From assembly GCA_964249295.1 (NCBI GenBank), contig CAXUCQ010000001.1:1-41839 (forward strand): a stretch of DNA of 41,839 nucleotides, written 5' to 3'. The notes beneath the pieces are model-generated. The model saw only the letters and a program-made list of their open reading frames with translations. It ran no database searches and was not told the origin of the DNA. A program made the position numbers and the translations under genes. Of the stretch, positions 17,111 through 25,902 are shown one piece after another; within the stretch, counting starts at the first letter, position 1; every line of letters begins with the position of its first letter. This DNA is from an uncultured Armatimonadales bacterium (GTDB lineage: Bacteria > Armatimonadota > Armatimonadia > Armatimonadales > Capsulimonadaceae).

Positions 17111-18139
17111 TCACTGAGTCAGAGTCGGCGCCCACCAGGGGTCGGTGTAGGCAGCCGTAATCTGGTCCTTGGTCAGCAGCGTCAGATTGGGGTTCAGGGT
17201 GGCGATGGCCGGACGCGCCGCATCCGCGGTGAAGATCAGGGGCGTGCTGCCGCCGGTCGCGGAAGAAAGCAGGCACCGCACCGTGAACTGGGAGATGACA
17301 CGGGCGTCGGTCTGCTGAACCGCCGCCTGCAGAACGCCGGAGACAGCCCGAAGAGTCTGGTCGCGGCTCGGTGCCGCTCCGGCAGACGGCGTGTACGTCA
17401 CTGTAACCGTGAGGCGACCGTCACGCGGGTCGATCTGGGTGGCCGCGACGGCACACTCCTGATTCGGGGTCGTGACCGACGCGCGGAGCGCGTCGAGAAG
17501 CGTAGCCTCGGAGGGGTCCGCGACGACGGGTGAAGCGGCAGCCGGCGATGGCATGGGTGTCGAGTCGGATGCGACAGACGGCACAACCACGGTCGGCGCA
17601 TCGACCTGCTTCTGAGAACCGCCGAGTGAAAACGAGTGGTGCGTCAAGATCAGCGCGGTCAGCACGACCAACACGACCAGTGTCCCGGCGACGTAGGCAA
17701 AGCGTCGCAGCACAGTGTCCGGGTTGAAAGGCCATCGGGAGCGACGGCTCATGGGAGTTCCCGGCTGAGGATTCACAGGGGCAGCCTCGTTCGGCTTGAT
17801 GACGAGTGGCGCGGCAAGATCGCGCGCTTTCAACTCCAGCAGGCGTGCCAGCTTGATCTGGTCGGCGGGACTGTCGGGTTGGACATCCAGCGCCATGCGG
17901 TACCACTGGACCGCGTCGTCAAGACGCCCTTGGTTATCGTAGATGTCGCCGAGCAGGCTCTGCGCGGAGGGATTGTCCGGTGACAGGCGGAGTGCGGCCA
18001 TGCACTTTGCGATGGCGTCGGGCCACTCGCCGCGCATCCGCAGCAAGTTCGCCTGGGCCAGCAGCGCGTAAGCCTCTCGTGAGAGCGCCTCCACACTGTC
18101 GCCGGGAACGGCGTCCGGTCGTGTCCTGCCTGTTATCAT
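17111..18139 (-). CDS. TPR-domain protein with a single TM segment and an uncharacterised C-terminal extracytoplasmic domain
   Basis: I chose the start at 18139 (MITGRTRPD..) because the longer track ORF would overlap dut. N-terminal TPRs are followed by the TM segment FAYVAGTLVVLVVLTALILT and about 190 aa with no motif I recognise. Confidence 0.65.
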   Translation of the reverse strand: MITGRTRPDAVPGDSVEALSREAYALLAQANLLRMRGEWPDAIAKCMAALRLSPDNPSAQSLLGDIYDNQGRLDDAVQWYRMALDVQPDSPADQIKLARLLELKARDLAAPLVIKPNEAAPVNPQPGTPMSRRSRWPFNPDTVLRRFAYVAGTLVVLVVLTALILTHHSFSLGGSQKQVDAPTVVVPSVASDSTPMPSPAAASPVVADPSEATLLDALRASVTTPNQECAVAATQIDPRDGRLTVTVTYTPSAGAAPSRDQTLRAVSGVLQAAVQQTDARVISQFTVRCLLSSATGGSTPLIFTADAARPAIATLNPNLTLLTKDQITAAYTDPWWAPTLTQ

Positions 18140-18143
18140 TGCG

Positions 18144-18602
18144 TCATCCGGCGTCTGTGTGTCCAAACCCGCCCTCTTGCCGCTCCGTCTCCGGCAGCAG
18201 CGCGTCGTCCTCCTGCCACTCGACCCGCGCCACCGGAGCGACGACGAGCTGCGCGATCCTGTCTCCCCGACGGATCGTGATCGATGCATCGCCCCAGTTA
18301 ATCAGCAATACGCTGATAACGCCGCGATAGTCGCTATCGATCGTGCCGGGGGAGTTGACCATTCCAAGACCGTGCTTCCAGGCGAGGCCGCTGCGTGGCC
18401 GGACCTGGGCCTCGTACCCGTCAGGGAGCGCCACGCGAATGCCGGTCGGGATTCTCACTCTTTCACCGGGATGAAGGACCACGTCTTTCGGGACGGCGGC
18501 GTGCAAGTCCATCCCTGCGGAGCCGGCCGTCGCGTAGCGGGGCAGCGGGGTGTCGGCGGCAGAGGCTTCCTTCTGGATCAACACGCGCACCAATGCCGTC
18601 AC
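18144..18602 (-). CDS. dut: dUTP diphosphatase
   Basis: Motifs [20 protein letters not shown] and GTIDSDYRG. The GTG start overlaps the kinase stop (GTGA at 18602..18599). Confidence 0.9.
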   Translation of the reverse strand: MTALVRVLIQKEASAADTPLPRYATAGSAGMDLHAAVPKDVVLHPGERVRIPTGIRVALPDGYEAQVRPRSGLAWKHGLGMVNSPGTIDSDYRGVISVLLINWGDASITIRRGDRIAQLVVAPVARVEWQEDDALLPETERQEGGFGHTDAG

Positions 18603-20206
18603 CTCGCATCCGAGCGGTGGATCGGCACGATGACCGTGAACGTCGTGCCTTTGCCGATCTCGCTTTCCACCGTGACCGTCCCGTGGTGTCCCTCGACCAG
18701 TGCTTTCACCAGGGCAAGACCGATGCCCGTCCCGCCGATCTCGCGGTTGTCGCGGTTGTCGACCCGGTAGAAGCGTTCGAACAGCTTGGGGAGGTGCTCA
18801 CGGGAGATGCCCATGCCCTCATCGGTCACCCGGAGGACGACGGCGACCTGACGTCCGGTCGGCAGGTGGGTCTCACCGAGCACGCGACCGACCACGCGGA
18901 CCGCGCCGCCGCGCGGCGAGTATTTGATGGCGTTGTTGACAAGGTTGGTCAGTATCTGATCCATCTTGTCGCCATCGGCTTCCACCAGCGGAAAGCCCTC
19001 CGAAAAATCCAGACTCAGGGCATGGTCCTTCGCATACGCGCGCTGCGTGTTGATGACCTTGGAAGTCAGCGCGACGACATCGACCTTCTCCCAGTTCATC
19101 TGCATCGCCCGCCCCTGTTCGATCCGCGAGATGTCGAGCAGGTCTTTGATCAGGCGGGTCAGGCGGTCACATTCCGTGTCGATGATGGCATAAAACTCGC
19201 GCCGCGTCACCTCATCGTAGAAGCCTTCGTTGTCGGCCAAGAGGGTCGAGATGAACCCTTTGATGCTGGTCAGCGGCGTGCGCAGTTCGTGTGAGACGGT
19301 GGAGATGAAGGCCGTCTTCAGCCGCTCGAGGCCGCGAATCTCCGTGATGTCGTTGAAGATCGCAACGATCCCCGCCGGCTCGTTGTCGTCGCCTCGCACC
19401 GGAGCGCACTGGATCTGGTAGATGCGCTCCTGAAGCTCGTCTTCGGGCGTCACGTCCCTGATGGGGACGGTGATCTCGTCGGCGACCTCGGTCGTGTTGC
19501 CTGCCAGCGCGTGATGAAGCAGTGACGTCACGCGCTCGTCGGCGATGGCCTGGTCGAACGCCTGGCCGATCAGGACGGCGTTCGGAGGGATGTCGAGGAT
19601 GGCCCTGGCGGAAGGGTTGATCTGGACCACCCGCCCGTTGGTCCCGACCATCAGCAGGCCCGCGTAGAGGCTGTCGATGGTGTGAATCAGCTCCTGCTTC
19701 TCCTGGACCACCTCCCGGTAGAGCTGGGCCTGCGCGATCACCGCCGCGCCCTGGATCGCCATCCGCTGGAGCAGTCGGACGTCTTCCTCATCGAAACGCT
19801 GGCCGTAGCGCTTGTTGAAGACGTGCAGGACGCCCACCGTAGTTCGTTCGAGGACGCGGTTATCGCCGTCACGTTTCTCGACGATCAGCGGCACGGAAAC
19901 CGCGTTCCGGACGCCGTAGAGCGTCAGCCGGTCCGCCGCCGCGCGCGGGTCGGCGGCGGCATCATCGAGAGTCAGGGGCGTGCTGGTGCGGAACACCTCA
20001 CTGGAAAAACCGTCCTTGGCGACGCGCCGCTCCAGGCCGTGCAACTGCTCCCGCGTGAAGCCCAAGGCCGGTTCGGTCGCGTAGAGAGTCTCGGAGATCG
20101 GGTCGTGGAGCAGAAAAACGCACTTCTCCGCCTGCAGGATCCGGGCGATTCGGTCGACAAGCCGCTTCAGCGTTTCTTCAAACTCGGATAAAGAGGCCTC
20201 GGACAT
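18599..20206 (-). CDS. cytoplasmic sensor histidine kinase (GAF + PAS + HisKA + HATPase_c)
   Basis: H-box [14 protein letters not shown]-box [12 protein letters not shown] and G-boxes DEGMGIS / [10 protein letters not shown]. No TM segments. SD GAAGGA lies 5 nt upstream. Confidence 0.9.
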   Translation of the reverse strand: MSEASLSEFEETLKRLVDRIARILQAEKCVFLLHDPISETLYATEPALGFTREQLHGLERRVAKDGFSSEVFRTSTPLTLDDAAADPRAAADRLTLYGVRNAVSVPLIVEKRDGDNRVLERTTVGVLHVFNKRYGQRFDEEDVRLLQRMAIQGAAVIAQAQLYREVVQEKQELIHTIDSLYAGLLMVGTNGRVVQINPSARAILDIPPNAVLIGQAFDQAIADERVTSLLHHALAGNTTEVADEITVPIRDVTPEDELQERIYQIQCAPVRGDDNEPAGIVAIFNDITEIRGLERLKTAFISTVSHELRTPLTSIKGFISTLLADNEGFYDEVTRREFYAIIDTECDRLTRLIKDLLDISRIEQGRAMQMNWEKVDVVALTSKVINTQRAYAKDHALSLDFSEGFPLVEADGDKMDQILTNLVNNAIKYSPRGGAVRVVGRVLGETHLPTGRQVAVVLRVTDEGMGISREHLPKLFERFYRVDNRDNREIGGTGIGLALVKALVEGHHGTVTVESEIGKGTTFTVIVPIHRSDAR

Positions 20207-20232
20207 GCTTATCCTTCTTCCGGTGACCGGCT

Positions 20233-20949
20233 TCAGACGGTCAGGAGCCTGCCGCAGTTCTCACAGGTCTGAGCCTGCCGGCCTTCGCGAACGTCCTTGA
20301 TGACGCCCGCCGGGAGCGTCATGTGGCAGCCGCCGCAGTCGCTGCCTTCTATCCTTGCGATGCCGACGCCGGAGGAGCGGGTACGGATGTCGTCGTAACG
20401 CTTGAGGAGGGTTTTGTCCTCGACTGCGGCCGCCGCGTGTGTCCGCAGAAGCACGGCTTCCGCCACTTCCAAGCCGAGCGCCTCGTGTCGGGACTGGAAC
20501 TTGGCGACGGTGTCGGCGCGATGGGCGGCGGCGCGGTGCGCCTGCTCCTGGGCGACGGTCAGGTCGGCCTGTGCCTGCTCCACCTGCTCCATAAGTTCTA
20601 GAATCCGGCTGTCGAGGTCGGACCGCTGACGACCCAGCGCCTCGATCTCCCGCTCGATGTTGGCGAGTTCGCGGGAGTTGGTGACGGTCCCTTGATAGAG
20701 TTTCTGTTGATAACTCTTCCGCTTGGTCTCGATGCTGCTCGATTTCAGTTCGGCGTCTTTCAGTTCGGCAGACAGGCGGTGGGATGTGTCCTGCTGTGAC
20801 TGCTCCGTACCTCGAGCGGCCTGCGCCTGCTGAGCCGCTTGAGCGCCGTCGTCGAGCGCCGCCTGGGCCTTTTTGGCTCTTTGAATCTGGGTGTCAATCT
20901 GCTGGAGGGCGAAGAGCGCATGGAGTTGGTCTTGCAGCGGCGTTGCCAT
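20233..20949 (-). CDS. coiled-coil protein with C-terminal C4 zinc ribbon (COG1579-like)
   Basis: A long heptad-like N-terminal region is followed by CGGCHMTLP...CENCGRLL at the C-terminus. Confidence 0.75.
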   Translation of the reverse strand: MATPLQDQLHALFALQQIDTQIQRAKKAQAALDDGAQAAQQAQAARGTEQSQQDTSHRLSAELKDAELKSSSIETKRKSYQQKLYQGTVTNSRELANIEREIEALGRQRSDLDSRILELMEQVEQAQADLTVAQEQAHRAAAHRADTVAKFQSRHEALGLEVAEAVLLRTHAAAAVEDKTLLKRYDDIRTRSSGVGIARIEGSDCGGCHMTLPAGVIKDVREGRQAQTCENCGRLLTV

Positions 20950-20972
20950 GGATAGAATTCCCCCGTCTTTCT

Positions 20973-20981
20973 ATTCTAGCA
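20973..20981 (-). promoter_or_regulatory. candidate extended -10 promoter for the zinc-ribbon/kinase/dut/TPR/P450 string
   Basis: The reverse strand reads TGcTAGAAT. This leaves a roughly 17-nt leader with GGGGGA before the ATG at 20949. Confidence 0.4.
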
Positions 20982-21023
20982 GATTGGGCCGGAGGCTGTC
21001 AAACCGCCGCGCCGCGCATCAGG

Positions 21024-21029
21024 TACAAT
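21024..21029 (+). promoter_or_regulatory. -10 element placing the radA start codon at the transcription start (leaderless)
   Basis: TACAAT, then 6 nt (AAAGAC), then ATG at 21036. There is no SD. The radA N-terminus is fixed by its zinc-finger homology. Confidence 0.5.
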
Positions 21030-21035
21030 AAAGAC

Positions 21036-22421
21036 ATGGCAAAGGGACTGGCGACGCGCTTCGTCTGCCGCAACTGCGGGTTTGAAAGCGCCAAATGGCT
21101 CGGGCGGTGCGCGCAGTGCGGCGAGTGGGGGACGTTGGAAGAGACGGTCGCGTCCCCCAAAGCGTCCACAGCGCGGGCGAACGGCCTCGCTCTGGTCGGA
21201 CGGAACACGCCGCTGCGACTGACGGAAGTCCCCTCCCAGGCGGACGAAGGCCGTGTCCATACGGGGATCGGGGAATTCGACCGGGTGCTCGGCGGCGGGA
21301 TCGTGCGGGGCGCCTTGATGCTGATCGGCGGGGAGCCTGGCATCGGCAAGAGCACCCTGCTGAGCCAGGTCGCCGGCAACCTGTCGGCGAGCGGCGGCAA
21401 GACGCTGTACGTGTCGGGGGAAGAGTCCGCCACGCAGATCAAACTCCGCGCGTCCCGGCTGGGAGTCACGTCCGGCGACCTGCTGCTCTACAACGAGACG
21501 GACGTGACGCTGATCGCCGCCGCCGCCCAGTCGGAGAAGCCGGCTTTCATCATCGTCGACAGCATCCAGACCATGCAGCATCCCGATGTCGAGTCCGGGC
21601 CGGGCAGTGTGTCCCAGGTCCGGGCCTCGACGGCGGCACTGGCCCAGATCGCCAAAGGCGACGGCATCCCGATCTTCCTGGTCGGCCATGTGACCAAGGA
21701 AGGCTCCCTCGCCGGGCCGCGCGTTCTGGAACACATGGTGGACACCGTGCTGACGTTCGAAGGGGACCGCCACTACACGTACCGGATTCTGCGCGCCGTC
21801 AAGAATCGATTCGGCTCGACCGATGAGTTGGGCCTGTTCGAGATGCACGAGGAAGGTCTGGTCGAGGTGCCGAACCCTTCCGAGATGCTGCTGGCGGAGC
21901 GGACACAGAACATCGCCGGCAGCGCCGTGACGGCCTGCGTGGAGGGGACGCGCCCTTTGCTCATCGAAGTCCAGGCCCTCGTCGCGCCCTCCTACCTCAC
22001 CAACCCCCGTCGCACCGTTTCCGGCGTCGACACCAACAGGGTCAACCTCATCCTCGCCGTCCTGGAGAAGCGGGTCGGCATGAGCCTCGCCAATCAAGAC
22101 GTCTTCGTCAACATCGCGGGCGGCGTCCGAGTGGACGAGCCGGCGGCGGATCTGGCGATCGCACTGGCGGCGGCGTCCAACTTCCAGGAGGTCGCCATTG
22201 ATTCCGGCGTGGTCTTGGCCGGGGAGGTCGGGCTGGGCGGCGAAGTGCGCGCCGTCGGCCAGATCGAGAAGCGACTCCGGGAGGCGGCGCGGATGGGTTT
22301 CACCCGCGCCATCGTCTGCGCGAAAAACAAGGCCGGCCTGCGAGGCGCCTCACCGGGGCTGGACGTGATCGGGGTCGAGAGCGTGCGGCAGGCCCTGGAC
22401 GCGGTGCTGATACGCCGATGA
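21036..22421 (+). CDS. radA: DNA repair protein RadA/Sms
   Basis: N-terminal zinc finger MAKGLATRFVCRNCGFESAKWLGRCAQCGEWGT, Walker A GGEPGIGKSTLL, the KNRFG motif and a Lon-like C-terminus. The upstream part of the 545-aa track ORF is non-coding. Confidence 0.93.
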   Translation: MAKGLATRFVCRNCGFESAKWLGRCAQCGEWGTLEETVASPKASTARANGLALVGRNTPLRLTEVPSQADEGRVHTGIGEFDRVLGGGIVRGALMLIGGEPGIGKSTLLSQVAGNLSASGGKTLYVSGEESATQIKLRASRLGVTSGDLLLYNETDVTLIAAAAQSEKPAFIIVDSIQTMQHPDVESGPGSVSQVRASTAALAQIAKGDGIPIFLVGHVTKEGSLAGPRVLEHMVDTVLTFEGDRHYTYRILRAVKNRFGSTDELGLFEMHEEGLVEVPNPSEMLLAERTQNIAGSAVTACVEGTRPLLIEVQALVAPSYLTNPRRTVSGVDTNRVNLILAVLEKRVGMSLANQDVFVNIAGGVRVDEPAADLAIALAAASNFQEVAIDSGVVLAGEVGLGGEVRAVGQIEKRLREAARMGFTRAIVCAKNKAGLRGASPGLDVIGVESVRQALDAVLIRR

Positions 22422-24394
22422 CACACTTGTTCACAGCGACGCTGCTCCTGCTCATCGGGTGTGTCATCCCCGCAGGCGCCTCAGGCAGTCCGCTTCGACC
22501 CCTTGTCGTCATACTCCTCCCCGGCACCAGCCTGAGCGACTGGCAGCGCGCGGACGCGCCGACGCTGCACGAGATGCTGGCGACAGGGTCGGTCGCCGTC
22601 ATGAACACGCGCTCCGCGCGCCTGCCGAACGACCATCGGCGCGAGACGCCAGAGAGCGCCGCATTGACCCTCGGGGCCGGGTCACGGGCGGCCGGCGGGA
22701 GCGAGATCACCGATTTCCATCTGGCCTCAGGCCGGGTCCCGCGTCTGGCTCTTACTTACGGCTCACTCTACGCACGGAGGGTAGCCGCCGCCCCGCCCGT
22801 TATTTCCGAGGTCAACGTCCAGTGGCCTTGGGTACAGCAGGAGGACAGTGGTCAAGGGTATGACCTTCGGCCCGGCAATCTCGGAGACGGCCTCGTTTTG
22901 CACCACATAGAAGTGCGGGTCGGCGGTGGGCGGTTCGCCCCTCCCGTGGCCTGCGACAGCGCCGGAGTGGTGGAGGTTGTTGCCGGCGGACGATTGCCCA
23001 GACGATTGCCAAACTTCTTGATCTGGGATGCCGGGCCGAACATCGCTGCCGCCGAGCCTCTGATTCGCCAAGCCGCCTCCGAGGTCTCAGCGGAACGGGG
23101 CCAGTTAATTATCCTCTCGCCGTTCGCCGAGGATCGCGCGTATCAGCGAGGCGAGCGGTTGACCCCGATTGTTCTTTGGGGGCCGAGTGTACCGGCAGGA
23201 CTGCTCTTTTCCCCGTCTACGCGGCGCGCGGGTCTTATCACAAACACGGATTTTGCGCCGAGCGTCGCGGCGTTCTTCGGTGCGAGGGACGCATATCGCT
23301 GGCTTCCGACGGCTGCTCTGGGGCGTCCGTGGGTGTCGGAGCGGACGACGGACGCCGTTGCGGACGTTACGCGAGTCGAGTCCACGTCTTACCGCCAATG
23401 GGCCGCGACGCGGATGCTCCCTTGGGTCGCCCTCGGCCTTGGGCTGATCATGCTGGGAGCGATCTCCTGCTCCCGCAGGGGGCCGTCCTGCCCACCGTTC
23501 TTGTGGCTGTCCGGCGTCGTCACTCTTGCTCTTTTGATCAGCGTCTCTGTGACCTCTGCGGCGCTTTGGTTTGCCGGGTTGTCACTGATGTTTTTGTACC
23601 TTCAAAGGCGCCTGGGCGTTAGGAGATCGCTGCTGCTCTTGGCATCATCAAACATCCTTGTGCTGCTGGGCGACACGGTGGTGGGTAACCCTCTCATGCG
23701 CGACGGGCTGCTCGGGTATTCTGCGGTCGAAGGGGCGCGCTATTATGGGATTGGGAACGAGGCGATGGGAGTCCTGATCGGCTCCGCACTCGTGGCTGCG
23801 AACGCTGCATGGGGACGCGACCGCCCACGGAAGTTTTTCGTCGGCGCTTCACTGCTTGGGATTGCTCTGGTGCTCGGACTGCCCGCCGCAGGCGCGAAAG
23901 TCGGCGGCCTGCTCGTCGCCGTCCCCGCCTTTGGGGTGTTCTTATGGATTGCCCGCGCAAGACGCCTCAGCGGGCGTGTGGTCGTCTGCATTTTGCTCGC
24001 GATGTTCTTGTTGCTCGGGGCTGTTGCGGTCCTGGATTGGCACCACGGCGCGCACACGCAGTCGCATCTCGGTGCAGCGATAGGGCGCATTGCAGTCGGC
24101 GGCTGGGGTGAAGGCCTGGACATCGTCGAACGCAAATTGTCTGTCGAAAGCCATCTGCTTTACCACAGCGCCTGGGCCGTACCCCTTTGGTCGTGCCTGT
24201 TGGGCCTCTTTTTGCAGTGGAAGGATATACGCCGGGAGGAATGTCGAACCACGAAGCCGCTAGTCTACGGCGGCCTCACAGCGGTCCTGGTCTGCCTGGC
24301 GGTCAATGATGCTGGGGTGGTGGCGGCGGCTTTGTGCGGGTCGCTGGTACTCTGCGGGGTGGCATCGCTCCAGACAAAACAAAGCCTCCACTGA
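22418..24394 (+). CDS. large membrane protein: N-terminal exported domain of about 300 aa (possibly a degenerate alkaline-phosphatase-superfamily fold) plus about 9-10 C-terminal TM helices
   Basis: The ATG overlaps the radA stop (ATGA at 22418..22421). N-terminal hydrophobic segment LLLLIGC. VVILLPGTSLSDW....APTLHEMLATGSV resembles the first strand and helix of the NPP/AP fold. The C-terminal half is polytopic and includes a GARYYGIGNE motif. Confidence 0.7.
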   Translation: MTHLFTATLLLLIGCVIPAGASGSPLRPLVVILLPGTSLSDWQRADAPTLHEMLATGSVAVMNTRSARLPNDHRRETPESAALTLGAGSRAAGGSEITDFHLASGRVPRLALTYGSLYARRVAAAPPVISEVNVQWPWVQQEDSGQGYDLRPGNLGDGLVLHHIEVRVGGGRFAPPVACDSAGVVEVVAGGRLPRRLPNFLIWDAGPNIAAAEPLIRQAASEVSAERGQLIILSPFAEDRAYQRGERLTPIVLWGPSVPAGLLFSPSTRRAGLITNTDFAPSVAAFFGARDAYRWLPTAALGRPWVSERTTDAVADVTRVESTSYRQWAATRMLPWVALGLGLIMLGAISCSRRGPSCPPFLWLSGVVTLALLISVSVTSAALWFAGLSLMFLYLQRRLGVRRSLLLLASSNILVLLGDTVVGNPLMRDGLLGYSAVEGARYYGIGNEAMGVLIGSALVAANAAWGRDRPRKFFVGASLLGIALVLGLPAAGAKVGGLLVAVPAFGVFLWIARARRLSGRVVVCILLAMFLLLGAVAVLDWHHGAHTQSHLGAAIGRIAVGGWGEGLDIVERKLSVESHLLYHSAWAVPLWSCLLGLFLQWKDIRREECRTTKPLVYGGLTAVLVCLAVNDAGVVAAALCGSLVLCGVASLQTKQSLH

Positions 24395-24413
24395 GCGTCT
24401 TGCTTAGTGGAGG
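24385..24413. terminator. hairpin between convergent genes, probably a terminator for the fasciclin gene
   Basis: CCTCCACT (24385..24392), a 13-nt loop, then AGTGGAGG (24406..24413). On the minus strand it is followed by CTTTGTTTTG. It overlaps the stop codon of the plus-strand gene. Confidence 0.45.
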
Positions 24414-24436
24414 TCTTTGATTCAATGACTACTAGA

Positions 24437-25729
24437 TTACTGGCCTGGAGTTGTGGGAGTGGTCGTACCCGTTCCGGGTGTCGCCGCGCCGGTCCCCGTG
24501 GAGCCGCCGGGCGGCACAGGGTTCGCGTTCGCGCCGGTGTCGTTGCCCATCGTACCTGTCGAGCCGGTGTTCGGCGTTCCGCCGGGAGGATTGGGGCTGG
24601 TCGTATCGGTGGACGATGTGCCGGTGCTGGTCGTGCCGGTACTCGTGCTGGACGCGCCAGTGGCGTCCGTACCGGACGAAGCCGTGCCGGGGGTCAGATC
24701 CGGCGGCATCAGCACCGTGTCGACTGCGTGGATGATGCCGTTGCTGCACTGGATGTCCGCCTGAATGACCTTCGCGTTGTTGATCATCACCGTGTTACTC
24801 TGGGTGGTGACCTGGAGGGTGCTGCCCTCGACGGTCGGAGGCGAGGTTGGGCTGGTCATGGCCATGGCCGTCGCGGCGTCAACCTTGGCCGGAAGGACAT
24901 GGTAGGTCAGAATTTTCGTCAACTGGTCCGACGTCAGATTCTTGAGCGTATTCTTAGGCAGTTTCTTGAACGCGGCGTTGGTCGGCGCGAAGACCGTGAA
25001 CGGTCCGGGTCCCTTCAGCGTATCGACCAAGTTGGCCTGCTTGAGCAGCTTGACAAGCGTGCTGAAACGCTTCTGGGACATGGCGGTCTGCACGATGTCC
25101 ATTGTGGCCGTCATGCCGGAGCCGCTGCTCATCGTGCTGGGCGCGCTTGAACCAGCGGACATTGAGGTCGTTGACATCGGCATATCCGAGGACATCATGG
25201 AGTTCTTCAGGGCCATGCTGCCGCTCGACTCATAAGCCGCCATGTAGCTGGCGATCTGCTGCTTTTCCTGGTCAGGATTGAGCACATCGGACAGCTTCAG
25301 GTTGTAATCGTAGGCGAGCTGAGAAAAGGTCGTCCCTTGCAGCACCCGATCCGTGGTGTCACGGAAACTGACGCCGGTCAGTTTGGAGATGCGAAGGATT
25401 GAAGCGACCTCGGTGTCGGACAGGCCTTTCGCCTTGGCGGATTTGAGATCGCTGTAGTTGAACAGCGGGTTCGCCAGCAGCGAATAGTCGGGCGTGTCCG
25501 AGGACATGGACATAGAGCCGCCGGACATGCTTCCTGACATGGAGCTTGAAGGCGTGCTCATAGAACCGGTCGATGGCGTGGACGACGCATCCGGCGTCGG
25601 GGTTGTCGTAGGCGGCGTGGCCGTCGGGGCGGCAGCCCCAGGCGTCGTGGTGTCCTGGGCGCCGGCCCCTGTCGAGGCCGCCGCCATCATGGCGGCGACG
25701 GCACCGACGATGATCCAGTTTCGTTTCAT
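24437..25729 (-). CDS. secreted fasciclin (FAS1) domain protein with Met/Ser-rich segments and a Thr/Ser/Gly/Pro-rich tail
   Basis: The ATG at 25729 has AAGGAG upstream. Signal peptide MKRNWIIVGAVAAMMAAASTGAGAQD. FAS1 motifs FTVFAPTNAAF and ILTYHV are present. The tail covers residues 342-430. Confidence 0.8.
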   Translation of the reverse strand: MKRNWIIVGAVAAMMAAASTGAGAQDTTTPGAAAPTATPPTTTPTPDASSTPSTGSMSTPSSSMSGSMSGGSMSMSSDTPDYSLLANPLFNYSDLKSAKAKGLSDTEVASILRISKLTGVSFRDTTDRVLQGTTFSQLAYDYNLKLSDVLNPDQEKQQIASYMAAYESSGSMALKNSMMSSDMPMSTTSMSAGSSAPSTMSSGSGMTATMDIVQTAMSQKRFSTLVKLLKQANLVDTLKGPGPFTVFAPTNAAFKKLPKNTLKNLTSDQLTKILTYHVLPAKVDAATAMAMTSPTSPPTVEGSTLQVTTQSNTVMINNAKVIQADIQCSNGIIHAVDTVLMPPDLTPGTASSGTDATGASSTSTGTTSTGTSSTDTTSPNPPGGTPNTGSTGTMGNDTGANANPVPPGGSTGTGAATPGTGTTTPTTPGQ

Positions 25730-25902
25730 GGGATACTCCTTGGGTTGAGAGAACGGTCGCACTCACATTTGTGCGAAGGCACGGTTTTGCCCTCTGCGTC
25801 AGTGCGTTATTTCCTCTTCGGGCAGAAGTTAAACATCGTTTGCTACTTCTCCTGCAAAATAATAGGCGGAAAGTGTGCAAAGGGAGGATCGGACGGAAGA
25901 CT

